Source of the DNA: an uncultured Bacteroidales bacterium
Lineage (GTDB): Bacteria > Bacteroidota > Bacteroidia > Bacteroidales > WCHB1-69
Assembly (NCBI GenBank): GCA_905233625.1
Contig: CAJOFJ010000009.1
Coordinates: forward strand, 14,492 to 78,491
Length of the DNA: 64,000 bases
Direction of reading: 5' to 3'
Below, piece after piece: positions 25,037 through 32,856 of this stretch. The notes beneath the pieces were generated by a model. That model ran no database searches, was not told the DNA's origin, and saw nothing but the letters and a program-made list of their open reading frames with translations. How positions within the stretch are numbered: the stretch's first letter is position 1; each line of letters begins with the position of its first letter. The translations under genes and the position numbers were made by a program.

Positions 25037-27271
25037 TTATTCCAAATAGAGAGTAACAGTGTTGGTGCTGGCATCCAGCTCTTGGCGGCGTACCACACCA
25101 TAGCCTTTGATTTTTACTTTATAGCCTGCTCTGGTCAGTTCGCTCACGGCATCAGAGGCAATCATCTCCGACACATTCGGCAGTTTGTCGCCCTGTTTGA
25201 AGGGGGCAGATTTCAGGATGACGGCATAGTCTTTGTTCAGTCCGGAGTTTACGTAGGGAACTGGTAGCTGATTCTTGGGATAGTCGATACCCAAATGTTC
25301 CATGATGAGCTGATATTGCTGTGAGTTAACCACGTGTGTACGGGGTAGTTTGGTGCCGTTATCATGTTTGACATTTTGAAGGGCGCCGTAGCTGGTGTGA
25401 ATCATGATGTTTCGGGCGATGCGTGCAAAAACATCCACGGCGATATAACTTTTTTTGGAAACGTTATACATGAACACCAGACAAGTATATTGTGGGTTTT
25501 CGCTGGGAAAATAGCCGCAGAAGGAGACGCTGTTTTTGCTGTAGTTGTAGGCTTTGAGGTCTTCGTCCCAGATGTCGCGGGTACCGGTTTTGCCAGCGAA
25601 GTTGAAATTGGGATCGCGGTAGCGGCGTGCTGTTCCGTGTTCGCCTGTGACAACTGCTTCCAAATAGCTTTTCGCTTTGGCGATGGTTTGTGGACTGCAG
25701 ATCCGTTCGTTGAGGACTTCTGCCTGATAAGTCTTGATAGGCTCGGTTTCGTGAGCTTTGGTAATGTATTTGACAAACAGTGGTGCGATCATTTTGCCAT
25801 TGTTGGCAATGGCATTGTAATACACCAGCGTCTGTATCGGTGTCATGGTGAAACCTGCGCCGAAACAGGTGTTGTAGTATGTGTGGAAGTCTTTGGCAGT
25901 ACGTTTGAGGTTAGGAGCCTGCACCTTGCCCAACTGGGTGGAGAAAGAGGTAGTGATATAAAGTTGGTCGATTTTATTCAGATAGAGCTTGTAATTGTTA
26001 TCGCCAAAGGCGTCGAAAATCATGGAGGCGATACCTACATTGGAAGAACGCTGTATGATGTCAATGGGATAACCGTATTCAGTATTTCTGTCTTTCTCAT
26101 CGTATTTTGGGAATTCGTAAGTTTTGCTGCCATCCTTGCTTTTCCGTTTGAAAACGCGGTAAAGCATCTCATAGGACTGGCTGTCGTCGCCGTTTCTCTG
26201 TTCAAGATAGGCGAGGGCGGAGGCAATTTTGAATGTGGAACCTGGCTCCACCATCTTGTGCAACACGTACTCGTCGCTTTCGGTGTAGTCGCTGCCGTCA
26301 CGGTTGGCACGGCGCAGGTTGCAGAGGGCCTTGATCTCACCCGTTTGAGTTTCCATGACCACAGCGCAACCCCATTCTGCGTTTTGTTCTATCAGCTTGG
26401 CTTTCAATTCATTATGAACAATATTCTGAATCTCAAGATTCAGTGTGGTATGCACATCGCAGCCATCAACGGGTTCTACATAATCGTTCATGGGCAATTG
26501 CGCATTGTTGACATATAAGTATTTACTTGCGCCTTTCACCCCGGCCAGCTGCTCATCGAAGTAATATTCCAGTCCGTACTGACGACCGTCGAGGTTCATT
26601 CCCAGGGTGCGTTTGGCCAAGTCGCCGTAAGGATTGGTACGAACCGCAAGAGAAGTGTAGTTGACACAGCTTTTGCAAGGCCTTTCGGAAAACATCGGCA
26701 GTTTTTTGATAAAGGCGGTGTCTTCCTCTGTAATCCATTGGCGCTCATTCTCCTTTTTGGATTGAAGAATAAGCATGTTGCGCTGGTCAATCAGGGCTGA
26801 TTTGAATTTTTTGCGGTAGTATTCGAGAGAATAATTTGGAAATCTATGATTGAAGTGATTATAGAATTCAACACTCAGATCCTCGACAAGTTTGTTCAGT
26901 TTGGCGGCCGAATGGGTGTAAATGGTGTCTTTTTTCCCGAAAACGCGACCGTCGATGGTAATGTCGAAAACGATAACATTGCTGACCAGCACGTGGTTCA
27001 TGTCGTCGTAGATCTCGCCTCTCACGGGGTTCTCGTTGAAGGCCTTAACATAGCAGTTGCAGTTGGGATCTTGGGCAAGCGGGTTGTTTTCCCATCCTTC
27101 TTGGGTCTTGTCGAGGCACTTGGAAGAGGTACCGTTGTATAAGCTGCGCTGAAAAATGACCAAATGCAGAATTTTGCCGAAGCAAAGAATGCCCAGCAAC
27201 AACACCAAAAACAGGACTACTCCCATTTTCACGTTGAAGAGCCTTTGCTGCGTGTTGTCGTTATTCTGCAT
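25037..27271 (-). CDS. ftsI: Penicillin-binding protein (class B transpeptidase, FtsI/PBP3-like)
   Basis: 744 aa with an N-terminal TM anchor. SxxK (GSTFK), SxN (SSN) and KTG (GKTGT) motifs. Confidence 0.85.
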   Translation of the reverse strand: MQNNDNTQQRLFNVKMGVVLFLVLLLGILCFGKILHLVIFQRSLYNGTSSKCLDKTQEGWENNPLAQDPNCNCYVKAFNENPVRGEIYDDMNHVLVSNVIVFDITIDGRVFGKKDTIYTHSAAKLNKLVEDLSVEFYNHFNHRFPNYSLEYYRKKFKSALIDQRNMLILQSKKENERQWITEEDTAFIKKLPMFSERPCKSCVNYTSLAVRTNPYGDLAKRTLGMNLDGRQYGLEYYFDEQLAGVKGASKYLYVNNAQLPMNDYVEPVDGCDVHTTLNLEIQNIVHNELKAKLIEQNAEWGCAVVMETQTGEIKALCNLRRANRDGSDYTESDEYVLHKMVEPGSTFKIASALAYLEQRNGDDSQSYEMLYRVFKRKSKDGSKTYEFPKYDEKDRNTEYGYPIDIIQRSSNVGIASMIFDAFGDNNYKLYLNKIDQLYITTSFSTQLGKVQAPNLKRTAKDFHTYYNTCFGAGFTMTPIQTLVYYNAIANNGKMIAPLFVKYITKAHETEPIKTYQAEVLNERICSPQTIAKAKSYLEAVVTGEHGTARRYRDPNFNFAGKTGTRDIWDEDLKAYNYSKNSVSFCGYFPSENPQYTCLVFMYNVSKKSYIAVDVFARIARNIMIHTSYGALQNVKHDNGTKLPRTHVVNSQQYQLIMEHLGIDYPKNQLPVPYVNSGLNKDYAVILKSAPFKQGDKLPNVSEMIASDAVSELTRAGYKVKIKGYGVVRRQELDASTNTVTLYLE

Positions 27272-27632
27272 TTTCGGTAGTGTTGTGGACGATGATTTTA
27301 TAGATATTTTTTTCGTTTTTTTCGAAGCCCTGTCTGTTCAGCATCTGAACCAGTTCTTGGTTTTCTTCATAAAGAATGTACTGGTTGTTGTGTTTCAGAG
27401 TACTGATGACTTTTTTATATTCTGTTTCCAACTGCTTGATACGCTGTCTTTTGGAGTTCATGTTATGCTCGTTAAGCACAGTCAGTATCATGAGGAAAAA
27501 AACAAAGCCGATGAAAGGGTACCAGCGGATGGTTTCCTTGGCAAAGAGGAAGTCACCGGAAATCAGTTGTTTCCAGATGCTGTCGCCCTTGGTTTTGGGC
27601 TCTTTGGGTTCCTGTTTGCTGGTGGTTATCAT
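27261..27632 (-). CDS. FtsL-like cell division protein (Bacteroidota type)
   Basis: 123 aa from the ATG at 27632 (MITTSKQEPKEPK…). One TM helix (WYPFIGFVFFLMILTVL) then a coiled coil. It sits between rsmH and ftsI. The upstream part of the track ORF overlaps rsmH and is not counted. Confidence 0.7.
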   Translation of the reverse strand: MITTSKQEPKEPKTKGDSIWKQLISGDFLFAKETIRWYPFIGFVFFLMILTVLNEHNMNSKRQRIKQLETEYKKVISTLKHNNQYILYEENQELVQMLNRQGFEKNEKNIYKIIVHNTTENAE

Positions 27633-27637
27633 GCTTG

Positions 27638-28573
27638 TTATTTTTTCTCTGCCACTCTTAATTTTGCGCTGCGGGCGCGCGGGTTCACAGCTATTTCGTC
27701 TTCGTCGGGAGTGATGGCTTTGCGGGTAATCAGCGTGAACGGGGTCATCAGGTTGCCGAAGAAGTCTTTTTCGGCCTCGCCCTCGAACTTGCCGGATCGC
27801 ATGAAGTTCTTGACCAAGCGGTCTTCCAGCGAATGGTAGGCGATGACGACGAGGCGTCCGCCGGGTTTCAGGCACTCAACGCTCTGGCTCAGAAATTCCT
27901 TCAACACCGACATTTCGTCGTTCACTTCAATTCTGATGGCTTGGAACAGCTGCGACAGCACCTTGTTTTCCTTGTCTCTGGGCAGTAGGGGGTTCACAGC
28001 GGCGACAAGCTGGGCGGTGGTGGCAATTTCGGCTTTCTCGCGCTCATTCACAATTTGACGTGCCAGTTGTTTGCCGTTGGGCAGCTCACCGTAGGTGTAG
28101 AAAATGGAAGCCAGACGTTCGGGGGCATAACCGTTGATAATCTCGCGTGCGGAAACCCCTTTCTGCTGGTTCATGCGCATGTCCAGAGCTCCGTCGAAAC
28201 GGTGCGAAAAGCCACGTTCTGCGGTGTCGAACTGGTACGACGACACCCCAAGATCTGCCAAGATACCGTCGGCGGGACAGCATTTGTAGTACTGGGCGAA
28301 TTTTTTGAGGTGGCGGAAGTTGCTGGGAACAAATTGGAAACGCTCGTCGTCAATAATATTACTATGGGCGTCAGGGTCCTGGTCGAAAGCCAGCAAACGG
28401 CCGTCGGGGGACAGTGTTTCCAAAATTTTCCGGGAATGGCCGCCACCGCCAAAGGTGACATCGATATACAGACCGGAAGGGTTAGTGACAAGCTGCTGGA
28501 TGGATTCCGCAAGGAGGACCGGATTATGGTAACTCATTGGTTTCCTCCTTTCGCGCAGTGTTAAATTGGCCAA
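27638..28573 (-). CDS. rsmH: 16S rRNA (cytosine1402-N4)-methyltransferase
   Basis: HNPVLL…DVTFGGGGHS…DLGVSS…SLEDR motifs. An alternative start is the ATG at 28537 (MSYHNPVL). Confidence 0.9.
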   Translation of the reverse strand: MANLTLRERRKPMSYHNPVLLAESIQQLVTNPSGLYIDVTFGGGGHSRKILETLSPDGRLLAFDQDPDAHSNIIDDERFQFVPSNFRHLKKFAQYYKCCPADGILADLGVSSYQFDTAERGFSHRFDGALDMRMNQQKGVSAREIINGYAPERLASIFYTYGELPNGKQLARQIVNEREKAEIATTAQLVAAVNPLLPRDKENKVLSQLFQAIRIEVNDEMSVLKEFLSQSVECLKPGGRLVVIAYHSLEDRLVKNFMRSGKFEGEAEKDFFGNLMTPFTLITRKAITPDEDEIAVNPRARSAKLRVAEKK

Positions 28574-29012
28574 GGTGGATGGCCTCGTTCAACTTGTTCA
28601 ATTCTTCTGGGGTCATGTCGAACTCTTTGTGGTATTCCTCGCTGTTCCACAGCTCGATCTTGCCGTTGTCAAGAATCAAAACCACTTCACGGTCAATATG
28701 ATACAGCTCCATGAAGGGCTTGGGAATCACGAGACGGTCTTGCGAGTCACATTCCACAAAGGTATTGCGCGTAAGAAATGCGTTGCGGTATTTCTTGATA
28801 GCTATGATGTTTCTGTCCAAAGAGTTGAGATAGTCCATCTGTTGCTGATAAGCCTTGACGGTCCATAGGGCAATATGATTACCGAAACCGGGGGTGACCA
28901 CAAAACTCTTGCGGTCGTCTTCGGCCAACGACTTGAGCAGCATGGTGGGCAATTTGATACGCCCATGCTTCTCAATGGCAACTTCCCAATAACCGTAATC
29001 GAATGCAGACAT
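28524..29012 (-). CDS. mraZ: Division/cell wall cluster transcriptional regulator MraZ
   Basis: 162 aa, first gene of the dcw cluster. Two SpoVT/AbrB-like halves (KHGRIKLP and SQDRLVIP). Confidence 0.8.
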   Translation of the reverse strand: MSAFDYGYWEVAIEKHGRIKLPTMLLKSLAEDDRKSFVVTPGFGNHIALWTVKAYQQQMDYLNSLDRNIIAIKKYRNAFLTRNTFVECDSQDRLVIPKPFMELYHIDREVVLILDNGKIELWNSEEYHKEFDMTPEELNKLNEAIHLGQFNTARKEETNELP

Positions 29013-29038
29013 CTTTTTTTCTTTGGTTTTATCAATGG

Positions 29039-29046
29039 CAAAAATA
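29039..29046 (-). promoter_or_regulatory. -7 box TATTTTTG (minus strand) upstream of mraZ
   Basis: Plus strand reads caaaaata, 27 nt from the mraZ start. Confidence 0.4.
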
Positions 29047-29352
29047 TAGAAAATAATAATAGGTTTTCCACATTTTTATATTTTTGATTGAAAAAAGATG
29101 AAAAATAGATTTAACTTATTGAAAATCAGTGTGGAAAAAAATGGCAAAAATTTTTAGTCAATGTATAAATTTGTCTAAAATATTGATTTTCAGCATATAA
29201 ATTCCAATTTTTGTAATTAAATATAAAAAGCTGTAAATCAATAATATATAATAATAAAAAGGATGTAATTCCAAAATTTTCCACAGAAAGATGTTGATTT
29301 TCGGATAAATTTGGAAAAAAAAGGAAATTTTGGGAGAAAAAAGGAGTTATTA

Positions 29353-29376
29353 ACAAAAAAACGACCCGAAGGTCGT
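29353..29376 (-). terminator. Canonical rho-independent terminator on the minus strand (ACGACC-UUCG-GGUCGU followed by U8)
   Basis: Minus strand reads cgacgaccttcgggtcgttttttttg. No annotated minus-strand gene lies upstream of it for 1.5 kb. Confidence 0.65.
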
Positions 29377-29399
29377 CGTGCTTTCCACAGGGGAATGTT

Positions 29400-29477
29400 G
29401 ATTTAGGGATTAGGGGTCAGGGGTTAGGGGACAGGGGACAGAATAATGAATTCAAAGTTCAAGATTCAAAATTCAAC
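29400..29477 (+). repeat. TNAGGGG heptamer array (G-quadruplex motif 29406-29437) followed by a TTCAARR heptamer array
   Basis: ggg-atta-gggg-tca-gggg-tta-gggg-aca-gggg, then gaattcaaagttcaagattcaaaattcaac. Confidence 0.85.
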
Positions 29478-29717
29478 TGAAAAATTGCACAGATATTGAA
29501 TTCTGGATTCAAATCAGTATTAATGCGCCAATTACAGTCTGCTGAGCCAGATGCCGAGGAAACGGTCATAAACAATGTATTTGTCAGGCAATCTTTCATA
29601 TTTCAGACACTATTAATTTTATTTTCATTGCGTAAATTACGCTACGTAATTCCGTAATGAAAATGCACAAAAAATTATTGAAATGCAAAAAAAAAAAGTT
29701 TTTGACATATCAGTATT

Positions 29718-29725
29718 CAAAAATA
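29718..29725 (-). promoter_or_regulatory. -7 box TATTTTTG (minus strand), back-to-back with the plus-strand box at 29732
   Basis: Plus strand reads caaaaata. It would drive a ~355-nt minus-strand transcript ending at the 29353-29376 terminator. Confidence 0.4.
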
Positions 29726-29731
29726 ATGTTG

Positions 29732-29739
29732 TATGTTTG
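29732..29739 (+). promoter_or_regulatory. -7 box TATGTTTG in the context TTGTATGTTTGCAG
   Basis: The extended context matches the promoters at 5291 and 10121. Confidence 0.5.
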
Positions 29740-29744
29740 CAGAC

Positions 29745-30011
29745 GAAAAACATAGAAATGAATAGTAACGAAAATAGAACGCCTATGAGTAAATCCGCAT
29801 AATTCAGTTATGCACATCATAGAATAAGAAAAAGCGAAGTAGCTTGTACACTGGTTATTCTGAAACTTGGACACTTTCAGTTAATCTACCCAGAGTAAAG
29901 CAACGACGTTCCCGCCAACTGGCGTGGGCTTTACTCGTTGTAATTGGGTAGATTAGGTAGTCCAAGACCTCAGAATAGCCAATGAAAGCGAAAAAGTGCC
30001 ACGCTTTTTTT
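29745..30011 (+). ncRNA. Candidate structured noncoding RNA (or 5' leader of the 30111 gene) with a 128-nt nested hairpin; family unrecognised
   Basis: Promoter at 29732. Stems: 29853-29872/29960-29980, 29882-29892/29945-29955, 29893-29901/29928-29936, and an apical ccgcc-aact-ggcg(t)gg. A smaller hairpin tgcataa-ttcag-ttatgca lies at ~29797-29815. A weak stem plus T7 sits at 29985-30011. There is no ORF of 60 aa or more. Confidence 0.45.
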
Positions 30012-30110
30012 GTGTGCATAAATATCCTTCAGCTGGCACAAAACAATAATCAAATTTAATTTACCAAAACCGATGGAGCCGGATGGGATATAACGCGGCT
30101 GAAAAAAAGT

Positions 30111-30530
30111 ATGAAGAAAATAATTTTTTTAGGAATAGTTTGTTGTATGATTCTGAGTTCTTTTAAAGCAAATGCAAACCAAGTTACTGTTTATAATGAA
30201 GTAAACGACACGATTTGTTTCCAAGTGCTAGAAGTTAATAGTCGGACAATGGAAGTCCTTTTGTATGCTACTAGTACTGTGGATGAATTTTGTAAGGTGT
30301 TATCTAGAAAAGAGGTATCAGTGCCAATTGGTTTAATGTGTGCATTCGCAGGAGCAGGTAATCCAGTATGTTATGTTTATGGTGCTGTTATGGCAGCTTG
30401 TGCAATAAATGGTGCGGTGAAATTGGCAATAGAAGGTGATTTTACCAATGCGATATTAGAATCGGTTTCGGCAGGAACAAAAGTCTATAAGATGAGTAAG
30501 GTTAATACGTCAACGTATAAAATAGAATAA
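30111..30530 (+). CDS. Small secreted or membrane-associated hypothetical protein
   Basis: 139 aa. Signal peptide MKKIIFLGIVCCMILSSFKANA and a Gly/Ala/Cys-rich hydrophobic segment IGLMCAFAGAGNPVCYVYGAVMAACAINGAV. Confidence 0.55.
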   Translation: MKKIIFLGIVCCMILSSFKANANQVTVYNEVNDTICFQVLEVNSRTMEVLLYATSTVDEFCKVLSRKEVSVPIGLMCAFAGAGNPVCYVYGAVMAACAINGAVKLAIEGDFTNAILESVSAGTKVYKMSKVNTSTYKIE

Positions 30531-30793
30531 CTTAGGATAACCTAGGAATGTGCTTGTTATGTTGTGGTTGATTCCACAAATTTAAAAACTATTTATTAGG
30601 AGAGTGTTTTTTACACACCCTCCTATTTTATTATTATACCACTCCATTCCACTGGCAATGAAATAGTATTGGGATTTTGTGAAAGATTGATACGTCTCAA
30701 AATGGGTTGGGAAGTCAACGTATGTAATGGCTTTTGAGATGTAGTTAGGAGATATTTATTTCAATAGTATTTCACTATTGAACAATATTTAAC

Positions 30794-30847
30794 GTTGAGT
30801 TTTTTCCAAAACTATCAATTTTTGGGTGGTTTTGGAAAAAACTCAAC
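30794..30847. terminator. Perfect 19-bp inverted repeat hairpin downstream of the ATPase gene
   Basis: gttgagttttttccaaaac (30794-30812) pairs with gttttggaaaaaactcaac (30829-30847), followed by ttttta on the plus strand. Confidence 0.55.
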
Positions 30848-30876
30848 TTTTTATAGCAAACAGATAAACGGATGTT

Positions 30877-32313
30877 TTATAGGAATAAGTCGTTCATGTT
30901 CAGTGACTTCTGAACACGGCTGCTATATGCGTTGGGGTGAAGACCAAATGTGGTGATGAAGGTGAGATGGATATTCCTTTTATTTTTAGTCAGCTCGCGA
31001 ACTTTGTCAGCCCGCTGGCGCAACTTCTCTTCATAATTCTTGTCGATGACAAATTCCTTATTGGCAAATTTGATTTCGCAGAGATTAAGAACCCTGTCGG
31101 CACGGTCAATGAGCAGGTCAATCTGAGAACCTTGACTCTGGTCATTATTAGGGATTATCAGTGAGGATATGCTTGTCTGCACTCCTGCTATGCCCAAGGC
31201 AGCCTTGATTTGGCGGATGTGGACAAAGCATACCTCTTCGAAAGCGAAACCTTGCCACGAGTATATGGAGGGAGATGTAATGGTGTTTTGCCAATATGAC
31301 TCATCTGAGATGTTTTTTTTGCCTATGAAATTAAGATGAAAGAGACAGAAGTTGTCGACCAGTTTGTAATATGTTTCGCGTTTTTCATTCAAGGGGGTGA
31401 AGGGAACGATAAAATCACTGTTGACAAGGGAAGCCAATGTTTTGGTTAAAGTGCCGCCAGAGGCATGACCTGTTTTCTGTGCTATCTCTTTGCGTGTGAA
31501 GCCATAACGTCGTGTTGCCAATAAGCGTACTATCTCTTTAGAATCATTATTGTCGCCAAACAATGAGGTGAAAAGTCGATCGTACTCATCGTGCAGAGGA
31601 GCATTGGAAGCAAAAAACAAACGGTCGATATTTTGGGCAAGAGAGAAACCGGGTCGGAAATAATTCATATAATAAGGAATCCCGCCAATAGCCATATAGC
31701 TTTGAATGATGTCGTAGCGGTCTAGTTCTATGCCTTTGTGTTTGTAGAACATCTCGCATTCGTTCAAAGTGAATTGAGACAACTTCATATTATAGGTTGT
31801 ACGTCCGTATAGTCCGCCTTTGTTGTTCAAGAGCTTGTCTTTCATCCATGAGGTGGCTGAACCGCAAACAATGAAAAGCAAGTTTGGACGAGAGGATGCC
31901 CAACCATTCCAGAAATGTTCAAAAGCAGTGATGAAGCCAGATCTAGGAGTATCCATCCAAGGAAGCTCGTCAAGAAAAACCACTTGTCTCTCTGTGGTGG
32001 AATTCTCCTCAAGTAGTTTGCGCAACATTCGGAACGCTTCTGGCCACGAGGCTGGACAAGCGGTTTCATTTAGTCCGTATTCGCGCAAGGAAACATAAAA
32101 CTCATCCAATTGGCGTTTTAAGAGTTGCGTTCCTGAAATCTCTAAAGGAGAAACTCCTGTGTGATAGAATGCGAATTCGTTATGGAAAAATTCTCTGATA
32201 AGAAATGTTTTCCCAACCCTTCTGCGGCCATATACAGCTACCAATTCAGGTGAGGTGCTCTCATAAAGTCTCTGTAATTCAGCTTTTTCGTATGCTCGTC
32301 CAATAATTTCCAT
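30877..32313 (-). CDS. AAA-type ATP-binding protein (archaeal-ATPase-like with a DUF234-type C-terminus)
   Basis: The start is set at the ATG at 32313 (MEIIGRAYEKAELQ), 29 nt downstream of a -7 box. Walker A GRRRVGKT and Walker B VVFLDELPW. Confidence 0.75.
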   Translation of the reverse strand: MEIIGRAYEKAELQRLYESTSPELVAVYGRRRVGKTFLIREFFHNEFAFYHTGVSPLEISGTQLLKRQLDEFYVSLREYGLNETACPASWPEAFRMLRKLLEENSTTERQVVFLDELPWMDTPRSGFITAFEHFWNGWASSRPNLLFIVCGSATSWMKDKLLNNKGGLYGRTTYNMKLSQFTLNECEMFYKHKGIELDRYDIIQSYMAIGGIPYYMNYFRPGFSLAQNIDRLFFASNAPLHDEYDRLFTSLFGDNNDSKEIVRLLATRRYGFTRKEIAQKTGHASGGTLTKTLASLVNSDFIVPFTPLNEKRETYYKLVDNFCLFHLNFIGKKNISDESYWQNTITSPSIYSWQGFAFEEVCFVHIRQIKAALGIAGVQTSISSLIIPNNDQSQGSQIDLLIDRADRVLNLCEIKFANKEFVIDKNYEEKLRQRADKVRELTKNKRNIHLTFITTFGLHPNAYSSRVQKSLNMNDLFL

Positions 32314-32341
32314 AGCTCTTGATTTATATTTAATACAGCCG

Positions 32342-32349
32342 CAAAGATA
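32342..32349 (-). promoter_or_regulatory. -7 box TATCTTTG (minus strand) for the ATPase gene
   Basis: Plus strand reads caaagata. This supports the 32313 start rather than 32394. Confidence 0.5.
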
Positions 32350-32526
32350 CAAATTATTATTGAAACGGCTGAATAAAAAATTATATTCAGCCAAATTTAT
32401 ATATTTTAGGTGTGATTTGGCTGAATAAGCAATAAAAATGACTTTGCCGGAAAAGAATTGACAGAATTTGGAAGATAAAACTAAAGTGGGTTACATTGTT
32501 TTGTTCGTAATCCTGAAAGCGGAAAC

Positions 32527-32856
32527 CTAGAACGCCACCATTTTCAGGTATTCGACGAGCACGGCGGCGGCGACGGCACCGATAGCGACGGTGAGCAGAT
32601 CGCGCTTGCGCCACGACATGATAAGTGCTACCACCGTGGCAACCACACCCGAGGTGAGGCTCTTGGTGGAATAGATGACATCGGGGAAGGTCATGGCAGC
32701 CAGCACGCAGAAGGGAATGTAGAACATGAAGTCCTTGAACCAGCGGTTCTCTAATTTGCGGTGGAACACAGCCATTGGTGTCACCCTGATGAAATAGGTG
32801 GTCAATGCCATGACTGCCAGCATGATGCCTGCGGTGGAGAAGGTGAACAAACTCAT
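32527..32856 (-). CDS. azlD: Branched-chain amino acid transport protein AzlD
   Basis: 109-aa hydrophobic protein that overlaps the azlC stop by 4 nt. Confidence 0.8.
   Translation of the reverse strand: MSLFTFSTAGIMLAVMALTTYFIRVTPMAVFHRKLENRWFKDFMFYIPFCVLAAMTFPDVIYSTKSLTSGVVATVVALIMSWRKRDLLTVAIGAVAAAVLVEYLKMVAF

Noticed and set aside
27633-27875. The N-terminal 81 codons of the 204-aa track ORF 27261..27875.
   Set aside because: This part overlaps the 3' end of rsmH in another frame and is Arg/Pro-rich. The FtsL-like protein starts at the ATG at 27632.
29126-29356. 76-aa minus-strand ORF upstream of mraZ.
   Set aside because: It has an AT-rich, Phe/Leu/Asn-rich low-complexity product, no promoter box, and lies in the dcw upstream region.
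29745-30011. Identity of the structured RNA candidate as 6S RNA, SRP RNA, tmRNA, RNase P RNA or a retron msr-msd.
   Set aside because: There is no closing 5'/3' stem or central bubble (6S), no GGAA/AGCA SRP motifs, no tRNA-like end or tag ORF, no GAGGAAAGUCC motif, and no reverse transcriptase nearby. The family remains unknown.
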